Shown here one piece after another: positions 13,751-25,933 of a DNA stretch of 64,000 nucleotides. The position numbers and the translations under genes were made by a program. Source of the DNA: Octopus bimaculoides (Eukaryota); the NCBI RefSeq assembly GCF_001194135.2, contig NC_068983.1, forward strand, positions 150,127,983 through 150,191,982. The letters are read 5' to 3'. Numbering within the stretch: the first letter of the stretch is position 1; every line of letters begins with the position of its first letter. Under the pieces are notes generated by a model. It had not been told where the DNA came from, ran no database searches, and saw only the letters and a list, made by a program, of their open reading frames with translations.

Positions 13751-14674
13751 CATTAATTAAGAGTTGTGATATCAGCCACTTACAAAGAACAAGAGCAACC
13801 CTTAAAGTTACTCAAAAATCTATCATACTGACTGAAGCTCCTGCACAATACTAAATTTTCATCTATGCTACTTCCATTAAAGATCTGGCTTTTCCTCTGA
13901 TGAAAGAGTCTAACACACATCATTTCTAACTCATAAATTTTGTTTACTTTCAAGAGCTAAAATAAATCTATTTTCCTAGATTTCAAATTTTCTAGTAACT
14001 ACTGATTTTGCAAGAGAGCAAAGCTGCTGTCTTTGTTCAGAAAGTATTCATGATATATTTTAAACCCAATTTCAAAATAGTTTATATAAAACCAGTATGC
14101 AGTACTATGCAATCTTTTAATGATCATTTTTCCATGATAGAATGGATCAGATAAATTTGTAAACTTGAAGACTTCTACACTCTTACACGTTTTTAAAGAA
14201 GGAACAACAGAATTACAACTATTTCATAAAGTCAAACCATCTTGACTAATTTTCTCAAAGTATTAAATGAAGTTTCTCTGTTGTATAGCATCCTAAATGT
14301 ACATTACATTTTTATTATCAGTGAAGTTAGAAATCAGCTGATTAAGTCAAATCAAATGGACTATTCAATAACTCCAAAACAACTAGAATCTCTTCCTCTA
14401 AGATAAGTTTCTTTTTATGAACATCACGAAAGATAATAAACAGATACCATTAACTTATGTATTGTAAGATTACACAATACACGGAGAAAATATGACCATG
14501 AAAATGTAATATAAACATGAATAGGAAGCTGTTATATTCAACAAAATAGAAAATGAACACAAAATTAAAAAATTGATCACTTTATAACACAAAAATTTAA
14601 CCAATAATTTATAGTATTCTCCCCTTCCTTAAGTTAAATTTTCAATAAATTTCTACCGTTTTATTTTACTTTAC

Positions 14675-14717
14675 AGTTAAAAATATCGCTGACTTCATCA
14701 TTCATATATAATAAATC
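14675..14717 (-). CDS. Candidate internal exon (DLLYMNDEVSDIFN)
   Basis: Long pyrimidine tract ...ttctttcatgttatccgtatcag|, only one open frame, donor T|gtaaag (alternative AAA|gtaaaa at 14670). Confidence 0.5.
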
Positions 14718-16529
14718 CTGATACGGATAACATGAAAGAAAAAGAAATGAAAAAGAAATGAAAATGCAGTCAAAGATTAGTCCGGAAAAGGCTTCTGTTT
14801 CCAGAACCAAAAAAATACAAAATCAATACAAATGATCCAAAAATTCAATAAAACCATTTTCTAAAAAAAAAAAAGTGTTTGTTGGGGGAAGGGGGGGAGA
14901 TTCTATATGAATCAGGTTTTAAAGTAAACAATCTGTGTTGCAGTGACTGAGAATAAATAAATTGCTGTTATCAAAAATCATCCAAACAATACTATTTGGA
15001 GAGCTTTGAATGACAGTTACTTTCAAAGTAATTTTTAAATCACTATTGAGTTAAGCATCAAAGAAACCAAATACACTCAATTTTCAGTTGAACCCAGTTA
15101 ATTATTCAAATTTTGCTATCACAGATGGGATGGGTTTGTATAGTAGGTAAGATTGGAAATATTTAGCAATTTGAAGATGAAATTTTGAGTCTGCCATCCA
15201 TTCTAGAAGAGGTTGCTCAAGCTCTAAAGGTTTAAGGCGATATGTCTTCCACCAGAAACAGCTCCAGTCTGCTACAAAGAATTTTCTTAAGTCTACTTAT
15301 TTGTTGGAGAACAAAAAGATTTATTAGACTGAACCCAGAGACAACAAAGTGCCTGCACTGAATTTGAACTCAACATTTGAGTCAACTGTCCAAAACAGTA
15401 TGTATAATACATTCACTTTGATAGGGCACAATGTACTCTCACTACCACCTTGGGGATGTAGTTAATTGATTCTACACTATTACAAGACATAAAATAGGTT
15501 TTGAACTCTGAACCTTAGGTTACAGAGCTCAATACTGCAGGAACACTACTATTACTACCTTGGACTAAGATTTAATATACTTGAGAGCAAACACAACCAA
15601 TTTATAATTGCTATTTTAATGCTATGTTTCAAAGAGGTAACTGTTAATAGGAATCTCACAAAAAGAATGCATCTAAACTGAAACCATATGCATTCAATAG
15701 AGCCTGCAGAAGCTAAATCACATAGGAATATTTTGTATTTTCCCCTTACTCCTCAATACAACATTGTTATCCTTCCGCACTTATTCAGATATCCTATAGA
15801 AAGATGGTTATTTTTAAATATTGAACCATAAATTATTTACTCAATAATTTGATGACAAATTTAATGGGAAATAGAAGATATTAATAAAACTCCACAATCA
15901 AATATTTGGCTTCATGAATTTATCAGTATTATATTAAATAATAACCAAAAGAGCTGCGATAAAGTGATTTCTTTTATCTTCTGATAACAATTGAAATCCT
16001 GCAAAATTATTTGCAGTCTAGGCATGAAGGTATAAAGAAAGAATAACATGATGGCACTTTAAATCAACTGAGATGAAAATATATTAGAAATCAATATTGA
16101 TTTCTCGTACAAGCACAAGGCCTCAGATTCAGAGATGAAGGGAAATAAAATTGTTTAATAATTGTACAAGGTGTCTTTAAAAAAAGTTACAGGTAAGAAA
16201 TGCAAAAAGATGAGTCTATTGACATTAGTCCCTATTTCTGTTGTGTAGCCACAGCAACACTTGCTCAATTAGACAAAAGACTGAGCTTTAGTTTGGTCTG
16301 GAGCTACAGTGTTGAATGCATTATGGTAATAAAGGCAAGTAATAATTGTTGTGGAAATAAGTTGCATTTTGTGGTAGTGTTGATTCCTAAAGATTTATTA
16401 TATGTGATTGACCATTCAACAGAATGTTTGCGGATTTTGTGAGATGATGAGACATTGACGTTATTTCGGTGTGCACGTTTTCTATTTATTTAGATCAGAT
16501 GGGAACAACAATAAAATTTGAGTATTCTT

Positions 16530-16817
16530 GTAAGAGTCCAGTTCTATATTTAAGAGATGAGGAATTATTTACATTATTTACATCATTTACATTTGACGGA
16601 TATTTGTCCTCATCTTGTTTGTTGTTAACACAACGTTTCGGCTGATATACCGTTCAGCCTTCGTCAGGTGTCTTGGGGAAATTTCGAACCTGGGTTCTCA
16701 TTCCTAACGATGTTACTATTATTATATTATTATTATTATTATTATTACTATTATTAATCAGGTTGCTGCCGTGAATTGAACTCGGAACCTTGGGGTTAGT
16801 AGCCCGCGCTCTTAACC
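16530..16817 (-). mobile_element. Short element with tRNA-like head, (TAA)n linker and Penelope-type terminal sequence containing a hammerhead-like core
   Basis: Minus strand: ggttaagagcg (A-box-like) ... gagttcaattc (B-box-like), then (taa)n, then CTGACGA-a-GGCTGA..TCAGCC-GAAAC at 16667-16635. Confidence 0.7.
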
Positions 16818-17716
16818 CCAAGGTTCTGAGTTTNNNNNNNNNNNNNNNNNNNNNNNNNNNNNNNNNNNNNNNNNNNNNNNNNNNNNNNNNNNNNNNNNNN
16901 NNNNNNNNNNNNNNNNNNNNNNNNNNNNNNNNNNNNNNNNNNNNNNNNNNNNNNNNNNNNNNNNNNNNNNNNNNNNNNNNNNNNNNNNNNNNNNNNNNNN
17001 NNNNNNNNNNNNNNNNNNNNNNNNNNNNNNNNNNNNNNNNNNNNNNNNNNNNNNNNNNNNNNNNNNNNNNNNNNNNNNNNNNNNNNNNNNNNNNNNNNNN
17101 NNNNNNNNNNNNNNNNNNNNNNNNNNNNNNNNNNNNNNNNNNNNNNNNNNNNNNNNNNNNNNNNNNNNNNNNNNNNNNNNNNNNNNNNNNNNNNNNNNNN
17201 NNNNNNNNNNNNNNNNNNNNNNNNNNNNNNNNNNNNNNNNNNNNNNNNNNNNNNNNNNNNNNNNNNNNNNNNNNNNNNNNNNNNNNNNNNNNNNNNNNNN
17301 NNNNNNNNNNNNNNNNNNNNNNNNNNNNNNNNNNNNNNNNNNNNNNNNNNNNNNNNNNNNNNNNNNNNNNNNNNNNNNNNNNNNNNNNNNNNNNNNNNNN
17401 NNNNNNNNNNNNNNNNNNNNNNNNNNNNNNNNNNNNNNNNNNNNNNNNNNNNNNNNNNNNNNNNNNNNNNNNNNNNNNNNNNNNNNNNNNNNNNNNNNNN
17501 NNNNNNNNNNNNNNNNNNNNNNNNNNNNNNNNNNNNNNNNNNNNNNNNNNNNNNNNNNNNNNNNNNNNNNNNNNNNNNNNNNNNNNNNNNNNNNNNNNNN
17601 NNNNNNNNNNNNNNNNNNNNNNNNNNNNNNNNNNNNNNNNNNNNNNNNNNNNNNNNNNNNNNNNNNNNNNNNNNNNNNNNNNNNNNNNNNNNNNNNNNNN
17701 NNNNNNNNNNNNNNNG

Positions 17717-17865
17717 AGAGAGAAAGAGAGAGAGAGAAAGAGAAAGCGAGAAAGAGAGAGAGAGAAAGAGAGAGAGAGAAAGAGAGAGAGAGAAAGAGAA
17801 AGAGAGAAAGAGAAAGAGAGAAAGAGAGAGAGAGAAAGAGAGAGAGATAGAGAGAGAAAGAGAGC
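17717..17865. repeat. (AG)n/(AAG) polypurine microsatellite at a gap edge
   Basis: Directly visible. Confidence 0.95.
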
Positions 17866-19516
17866 ATGCACATTCACAGATTTTTATAATGCAGAGGGCA
17901 TTGCTTTAGATAATTTGCAATTTATGATTTATGGGTGGAATCTGTGGTACCTAGAAAAGGATAGTATAATGATCTAAAATTTTGTTTGGTGAAATATGGT
18001 GTCACATTTGGAATATTTTCAATTAAAAAAACGTTCACGAATGCTTAATTTCATATTTATTTGGTTTTATACTACATTTCTCAGTGTTGAGGAATAGTTG
18101 CAAAAAATTACATCTACTGGAGGACAAAGGTTACATTTTTTGCAACTGAATTTTAACTCAAGAGAAGAGGTTCATTTGTGCTAAACTTATCCTGTCTCTG
18201 TACTGTGGAAGAAAAAGAAAAAAATGCAGACTACAAGCTGTGAGTGATCACAAAGAATCAATGTTGAATGTGTTGAAACCTTGTTTTTATGTTTATCATT
18301 TTACTAATATTTTCAGGTCAAAATTAGGATGCATTTTCAAGGTTGGAGTATTCTTCATGCCAAGAAATACTGTGCACTTATGATACCTGAAAAGTTTTAA
18401 GATAGGTGGATGAATGGAGAGATGGTGTTTTCTGTTGTTAAAGTTAGTGCAGTGATGAATGTTTAGGTATTTGTTGAGAGGGTATCATCAGCACAATATA
18501 AGGAGTATATTATATGCTTGATATAGCTACATGTAAAAGAATTGCCTCACTATCTTTTTTGCATTAGTTACACAACATGATGTATGATGTCTAAATTTAG
18601 TCTTTTGTGTGTGCAAATGCAACATTGACAGTGACACACACACACACACAATGAATACACTATGCTGTATTTGTAAAGTGCAGTGATAGGAGAAGGAATT
18701 GCTTTATGCAATTATTGAGCCATTTTTATGGAAACAGTATTCTAGTATTTAACAATTAGAGTTATTAACAGGTATATATAACGGGAGACTGACATATTAA
18801 CACAGATTTCTATGAGTAAAAGTGAGAGAATATGAGTTATGCATAAAGGTTGTTGCTGGTTAACATCTTTGTCAGAGACATTCCAGCTGTGATCATCATA
18901 TCTTTTAGATACGAGACTACATTATTCAATGTCTTTTTTTAATTTTTTTTAAAGCTAGAAGGGTGCAGTTTGAGGGAAATTTGGGTGCTATTTCTATCAA
19001 GCTGAGAAAGTGAAGAGACTTCCACAGTAACTGATGTAGAAGTATAAAACAATGGCTGATAGGGTAAAAATTTGTAGGACTGCATTTTGGAAACTGACTC
19101 GAAGATTTTGTTCATGTTACACAGTCATATCCGAGATACAATTAGTCAATGATTGCTTCATGCAATTTTCTACGAATGTATCAAGTGATTTCCTGATGTA
19201 GAAATATTAGAAGAGACATCATCATTAGAATTTAACATCCATCTTCAATGCTGGCAGAGTTGCGTGATTGAAAAGTGTTGCAACCATGTGGTTCAGATTT
19301 GATCCCACTGAATGCTTTTTGAGAGGAATTTGGAAGGCAGAAACTGTGAGGAAACATCCCTGTGTGTGTGTATACACATATGCATGCATGCATGCATGCA
19401 TACATGCATGCATGTGCATATATCTGGTAGATTTATCAGAAGCTAAAGCTTCTTGAATCATCACTGCACTTTCTGTTACTGATTAATCAAACAAAAGAAT
19501 GTATAGATGTAAGGGC

Positions 19517-19547
<31 letters not shown>

Positions 19548-20882
19548 TTGTGTGTTTTGCTAACATAAAGAGTAAAATGCTAATAAGCCAGCACTTTTGT
19601 TGTCCAAATGCTTTGTGGCAATTGTTCTACTGAATTGCACAGATACCCCCTTGTCATTCACATCCTGTTGGAAACCTAAAATCAACAACTTTTATTGTTC
19701 ACAAAAAGCAATAAGAAAAACAAATATACTTGACAAAAAATAGTATATGATAGTACACTCTCTTAAATATCACAAGGTAAAAATGTCTAAATATGTATAC
19801 TATTTAAACATGTTTATCTCACATTTGCTCTTTCTCCCAGGATCATGAGCAAGACAAAAGTCTAAAATGAACTGAATGTTTGCAATAATTTACTAAGAGG
19901 TGATACAAAAATTTAATGGAAACAGAATAAAGATCTCAAATGTAAAAGATGTAGAAGAAATTCAGTTTTATGTTGATATTTTAAGCTTCTAACTGTCTAC
20001 AAGCAAAACTAAACAAAGGAAAGAAAATACTTAACATGTTATTTTTCAAAGAGTACAAAGGTTTTGATGAGAACAAGCTTTTAAAACTATCAAGTGATCT
20101 GTACTGCAAGGAAAACCATTCACCTCTTGGCTTAAAGTTATATTGATCTTAGAAAATTTATCTACTGCGAGTATCTATTCTTAAGGAAGGTAAATAAACC
20201 AAAGCAAGTAGGATTAAGAGTCGTTGTTCAAAGATACAACAAAACATCTATTGTTGAGTATGAACAACAGTATCTGGCCATTTTGTCTACTAATATCGGA
20301 TTTCTTTTTTTAAATCTAATTCAACCACAAACTAAAACTAAGATTCCCACGAACAATGTTTCACAGCTAATTGAACTTCTAAAAAAGACAAAGTTTCATA
20401 CAGAGATTCTATAAATGTCAATTAGTTTAACTGTAATAAAGGTTTGATAATTCAATGAACTGTCAACCATAATAACAGAAAGAATAGCACTGCATTAAGA
20501 AAATATAAATGCTTCATAGAAATATTAATGGTCAGTGTTTAGTTTATTTCAAGACATTTAGAAGATGAAGAATAAAATTTCTCAATATAACACTATCACA
20601 AATAATATTCCCATTAGATGGGATAAAGTGGGACCAGGCCTGAATATTCAATAATAGTGTATTTGAATGCAATGACATGAATTAATCATAGAATCCTACT
20701 CACATTATCATATGAGCTTAAAATAGGGAAGAAAATTGAGATGGAAACCTGTATCATAAGAGCCCCACTCACCACGCCCAATGAATTGAATTAATATGAG
20801 TAAACTACAGTCTTCATTCATAATTGTATATTGGGTAAAAAAAAAAATTAGAACAAGACAGCACCAGGATAAGTTTCATCTG

Positions 20883-20936
<54 letters not shown>

Positions 20937-20965
20937 GCGTGTGTGCACGCATTTCAATCACTTAA

Positions 20966-21310
20966 AATGGAGAGGAGTTGTGGAAGACAGAGCCCCAGGA
21001 TGACATGGGACAAAGTTTTGAAGGCCAATCTCAAAACGTTAAACCTTACAAAGGGGATGACGAAGGACTGGGATATGTGGTGCATTGCTGTACTTGAGAA
21101 GACCCACCCACCACAACAAAATTGAGATCCTAAAACCAAGTGCCACATAAACAGCACCCAGTACACTCTGTGGAGTGGTCAATGTTAGGAAGGGCATCCA
21201 CCCATAGAATCCAAGCCAAGACTATAGAACCTGGTGCAGTCCCTGCTCTTATCAGTTATGGTCAAGCCATGTAACTTATGCCAGCAGACAGGAATATGGT
21301 ATTAAACTAC
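20966..21310 (+). mobile_element. RTE LINE 3' fragment
   Basis: CGRQSPRMTWDKVLKANLKTLNLTKGMTKDWDMWCIAVLEKT is the RTE ORF end, followed by the RTE 3' UTR. Confidence 0.8.
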
Positions 21311-22076
21311 TATCAAGGGACTTAAATAGATTGAAATGGCATTGTATTTTCTAGTGTTTTACAAAATACAGAAAAATATACTTCTATTTTTATTTAACTA
21401 AACTGAAAACCAAGTGAAATATAATTTTAAGTTTAAAACGGTGGTTGGTTAGTACCTGTAACAAAGGAACAAAAAAAAAAAAACAAGGAAATAACTTCGC
21501 TGGAAATGTCAAGGTAAGTATTGTTGAATTCTTTGTTGGTGACATGACATTTAAAATGAACTGGGTTAATGCATTCTACATTAGAATATTAAATAGGAAA
21601 TAGTCTAATTTGAAAGATGAAAAAATACTATAAAATGTTAATGGCAAAATGTCCTTAGGGTTGTATCTCAACTTCAATCTTACTATAGCTAAGTGCAATT
21701 AATTTCTTTTTTCTACAAAACTTCTTCAGGAATAGCTCTAAGATAGATAAAGCAATGATATATGAAAGATTGTTCATTGAACAAGAAGCCGTCTTATTAA
21801 GAGATCATTATCTAACATTTACTCTTTCAAGGAGAAAGAAGATATATAACACAGCCACAACCTTTTAAGTCCAGAGCCTATTTTCCATATACAGACAGCA
21901 TTGGAGACAACCAATTAATAAAAGCCGATACCTTATTAAACAACTGAACCAATATGGTTGGAAGTTATAACTTGATATTAGACCATCTTAGCATGAAATC
22001 CCCATCTAAATTTTTTATAAATGTTCACAGATTAAATGAAGTTTTTCAAATTTTATAAATAGGAAACAGACTTTAA

Positions 22077-22255
22077 CCCTTTAGCATTTAAGCTGGCCAT
22101 ATCCAGCCAAAATATTCTAATCTATGATCAAATCAGCTAGATTCTGGCCCTTCACACCTATGCTTTGATGTTATTCTAAAAATAAGCAATCACATCATCA
22201 AAATCTCAGAGCAAACAATGTAATACATAATCAATTCAAAATCTTAACATGAATA
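22077..22255. mobile_element. Partial piggyBac-like MITE (TTAA-CCCT end)
   Basis: Starts ttaa|ccctttagcatt and aligns by eye to the complete copy at 36320-36533. Its right end is absent; an RTE tail follows. Confidence 0.6.
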
Positions 22256-22262
22256 AATATAT

Positions 22263-22470
22263 ATATCATCATCATCATCATCATTTAACGTCTGCTTTCC
22301 ATGCTGGCACGAGTGGGATGGTTTAACAAGAGTCTGCACCAGACTTCTGTAACTATTTTGGAAGGATTTTTACAGCTGGATGCCCTTCCAAATGCCAACC
22401 ACTTTACAGTGTGGTCTGAGTGCTTTTAAGTGGCACCTGCATGGTCACCAAGTACTTACAAGATAAAAAC
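22263..22470 (-). mobile_element. RTE-type 3' tail with (ATG)n end
   Basis: (atc)n-atttaacgtctgctttccatgctggc...tacagctggatgcccttccaaatgccaaccac is the same tail as at 665-830. Confidence 0.8.
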
Positions 22471-22664
22471 TTTCAAGAGGGGAGGAGGTGCTCATGTCAG
22501 ATGCTGAAAGATGGTAGTGAGGCAGAAACAGAAACAAGTGTCTTGCTGTCTACAGCTGGGTAACCTTGTATCTCCTCTAGGAGGTATAAGGTTACTCAGC
22601 CGGGAGAGAGAGAGAGAGAGAGAGAGAGNNNNNNNNNNAGACAGGTATAAGGTTACTCAGCCGG

Positions 22665-22702
<38 letters not shown>

Positions 22703-23470
22703 GAGAGAGAGAGAGAGACAGACAGAGGGAGAAAGAGAAAGTAGGAGACAGCAGGATAGAGATGGTGGCAAAATTCCAGGCACGCTCACAAGGGACAGGG
22801 ATCAAAATATACATGGGATGGTTGAGTAAGAGAGAGATATAGATGGTGACAAGTGCCAGGGCATAGCCTTGAGGCTTGAACTCTATAAAATAAATGGCAG
22901 AATATTGCAAAGGAAGCAGGATCAGAGTGCAGAGGGATGGAGTGAGTGGCGAAAACCTGGGTATATATAGTCAGGGGGAGGGGAAAACAGATAGCAATGA
23001 GACAGGGGAACAGGGCCGTGAGGACAGAATTGGGGAGTGAGAGCTAGGCATGGTGTATGAAGGAGGAAATGTGAGGTAGAGATGTAGATTGGTTTGTAGG
23101 GGTAGGGTGTGTGAAAAGTTTTCTTGTTATGTGTGGGTGGAGCACACAGGTTGAAAGCTAGCGGAGAGCAGTGATACAGTGACACAAGGCCAGGAGGACA
23201 GGGTTGAGGATTGGGAAGTAAGCCTAGTGCATGAAGTAGAAATGTGAGGATGTAGAGATGTAGTTAGGTTTGTGTGGTAGAGTGTGTGAGAAAGTTTCTT
23301 ATTAAGTGTGGGTGGGACTCACAGTGTTTCTAGAATTCAGTTTCGCTGTCCATTAGGGACATGGCAGGGTACAGTATAAAGTTTGTCTGCCCTCAAATAC
23401 AAGATGGAAACAATTGTAGTAATTAAAAAATAACTGTCCAACTATACTCCTTGTCGACTCCAATTTCTTC

Positions 23471-23503
<33 letters not shown>

Positions 23504-25076
23504 NNNNNNNNNNNNNNNNNNNNNNNNNNNNNNNNNNNNNNNNNNNNNNNNNNNNNNNNNNNNNNNNNNNNNNNNNNNNNNNNNNNNNNNNNNNNNNNNN
23601 NNNNNNNNNNNNNNNNNNNNNNNNNNNNNNNNNNNNNNNNNNNNNNNNNNNNNNNNNNNNNNNNNNNNNNNNNNNNNNNNNNNNNNNNNNNNNNNNNNNN
23701 NNNNNNNNNNNNNNNNNNNNNNNNNNNNNNNNNNNNNNNNNNNNNNNNNNNNNNNNNNNNNATTGAACTTCTTTTCAAAAAAAAAACAAAAAGAAGCTAA
23801 ATCATCTTTACTTTTTAAATTTATTTTATTCTATGGTATTTAAAAAAGATTGCTTTACTGACAGTTAATTAATACAGAAAGAAAAGTAATTAAACTTTTT
23901 CCATTACACTTTGAAAAGTAAATAGAAATTTAGGTAATTACAACCGTAACCAATGGCTATTTCTGAACTGTTATATATAGACATAAACATCCACATTTTT
24001 TTCCCTACATTAAACCTGCTTTAAAAAAAAAAAAATTTTTTTTTTTTCTTTTTCTTTTTTGAATCACTGATTTTTTGCAATCAAGAAATAATGAAGTGCT
24101 ATTCTTGAATTCTTAACAGAATTTTCCTATTATCTAGTCACTATAGATTATGCATTTAAATATTTAACTGTAGATTTTTCTTTATTTGAATCTAACCAGT
24201 TTGAACAATTTTATAAATTCAGTCATTGGTATAAATTGTTGGAGTTGAAGTAAGATTTCCTTGTAAGCCAGTATACGTTGATGTTAACAAGCCAATAAAT
24301 GAAATGAAAGCAGAGATTATTTTTCAACTAAGCAAACCAAAAAAAATTGTCTCTCCAATACAGTTTTGTGCTAGTAGCAGTGTTAGTACTATAGGTTAGT
24401 AACAGTGAGCCTTCAAAATTGCATGGCTTTAATAACTCAGAAGTAAAATAGTTGAGAACTGTTAGCTCTAAGTTGGATCAAAATCCACAATATATTATCC
24501 TGGCAGCCAGGTAACTTCCTCATTTCATTATTTGTAGTAAACTGATGTCCTAACCTCCACAGGACCTTGAGGTTTGATTAGCAATCAAGCAAACCTATGA
24601 TGAAGGTTTTCCAAATGTGGCCATTTCTAGTTATGTACCTAACTACATTATCTAATGTCTTTCCTGTTGCCATGTATTATGAAACTTAACGGAAAAGGAA
24701 CTCTGCATAAAAGAGGTTTTAGAATCCACTCATAATGAGGGAACAATACTTGAAATACACAGGCATTGATAACAAAGTATAGGACAGTTCAACATTGTTT
24801 TACAACTGCAAAGATAAAAAGCACCTACTCCACATAAAAGGTGAGGTTTATTTAACAAAAGTCACTTATTATTTTTCCAGTCATCAATTGGTTGTAACTG
24901 CTCCTGATTTGTATTCTACCAAACTGTTTAGGTAAAATTTTGGGTTTGTTTGGTGAATTTCTATTATTTATCACTCATCTGATCTAGTAACTTACATTGT
25001 TTAAACCTACACTAATTTTCCCCACAATGTTAGTTTAATCAGGGTACTCTCTTTTTTTTTTTTTTTNNNNNNNNNN

Positions 25077-25108
<32 letters not shown>

Positions 25109-25740
25109 TTAAAGCTATAAAAAACACTAAAATTTAAGATCACATACTTTTGAAGTAGACTAATCTCATTTTGCCCTATTGTAGGAAATAGCCTCCTCAC
25201 TACCACACACTATATATATATAGACTACTTACAACAGTTCTTGACAGGTGATTTCTTCAACTCCAGAAGGATAACAGAAAGACTTCTTTAGTAGAATTTG
25301 AACTCAAAATTAGAAGTCCAGTATTTTTCTTACACACTACTAATCTACAATGGAATGTACCTCATACCTTTCCAATTCAGTGCAGATGGCACAAAACAAT
25401 ATTTGATCAACATCAGAATTATCCAAAATCTACACTTTTTTTAAAAAAACATATTGTAAGAAATTAATGAAACCAATCACAGATACAATAAAAAATATAC
25501 AAAATACTCTCAAACTTGTCATTAAGCCATTATTGATCATTATTTTATTAAAACAGAAATATCTAGAAGTAAATCCTCCATACTTTCTACTGAGCCATGT
25601 AACATGACCTAGCAGAAAAATAGAGCTTCAAAGAGTTAAAGGTAACAAAATATTTATTTTATAATTGGAAAATACAAATAATAAAAATAGATAGGTTCAT
25701 TTTATATTCGTAGAATATAGTTGACTTGTCAGTAGCTCAC

Positions 25741-25933
25741 ACAATTGTGAGAAACTAAGATGGTTAACAATGAACCTTCACGAAATTTCATACAAGCTGT
25801 CATTCTGTGATTGATTCTAAATATGACATTTTTGAACAGTTCGTTAATAAGTGCCAATGGCGAATAAGCCTAAGATGATGATGAAGGGAATATTTGTACA
25901 ATATTCAGTTGGACAATGAACTCGGTAAATTCA
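25741..25933 (-). CDS. Candidate exon (EFTEFIVQLNIVQIFPSSSS*AYSPLALINELFKNV...SHNC) with in-frame TAG
   Basis: Acceptor atcatttttttgacag|, donor TGT|gtgagc and 4 CpGs in about 150 bp. TAG lies at 25872-25870, and that AG could itself be an alternative acceptor. Confidence 0.4.

Noticed and set aside
16757-16817. tRNA gene
   Set aside because: It has A/B-box-like motifs but no complete cloverleaf, and it is attached to repeat sequence, so it is a SINE-like head.
22577-22670. Duplicated aggtataaggttactcagccggg-(GA)n
   Set aside because: Same 10-N gap overlap artefact.
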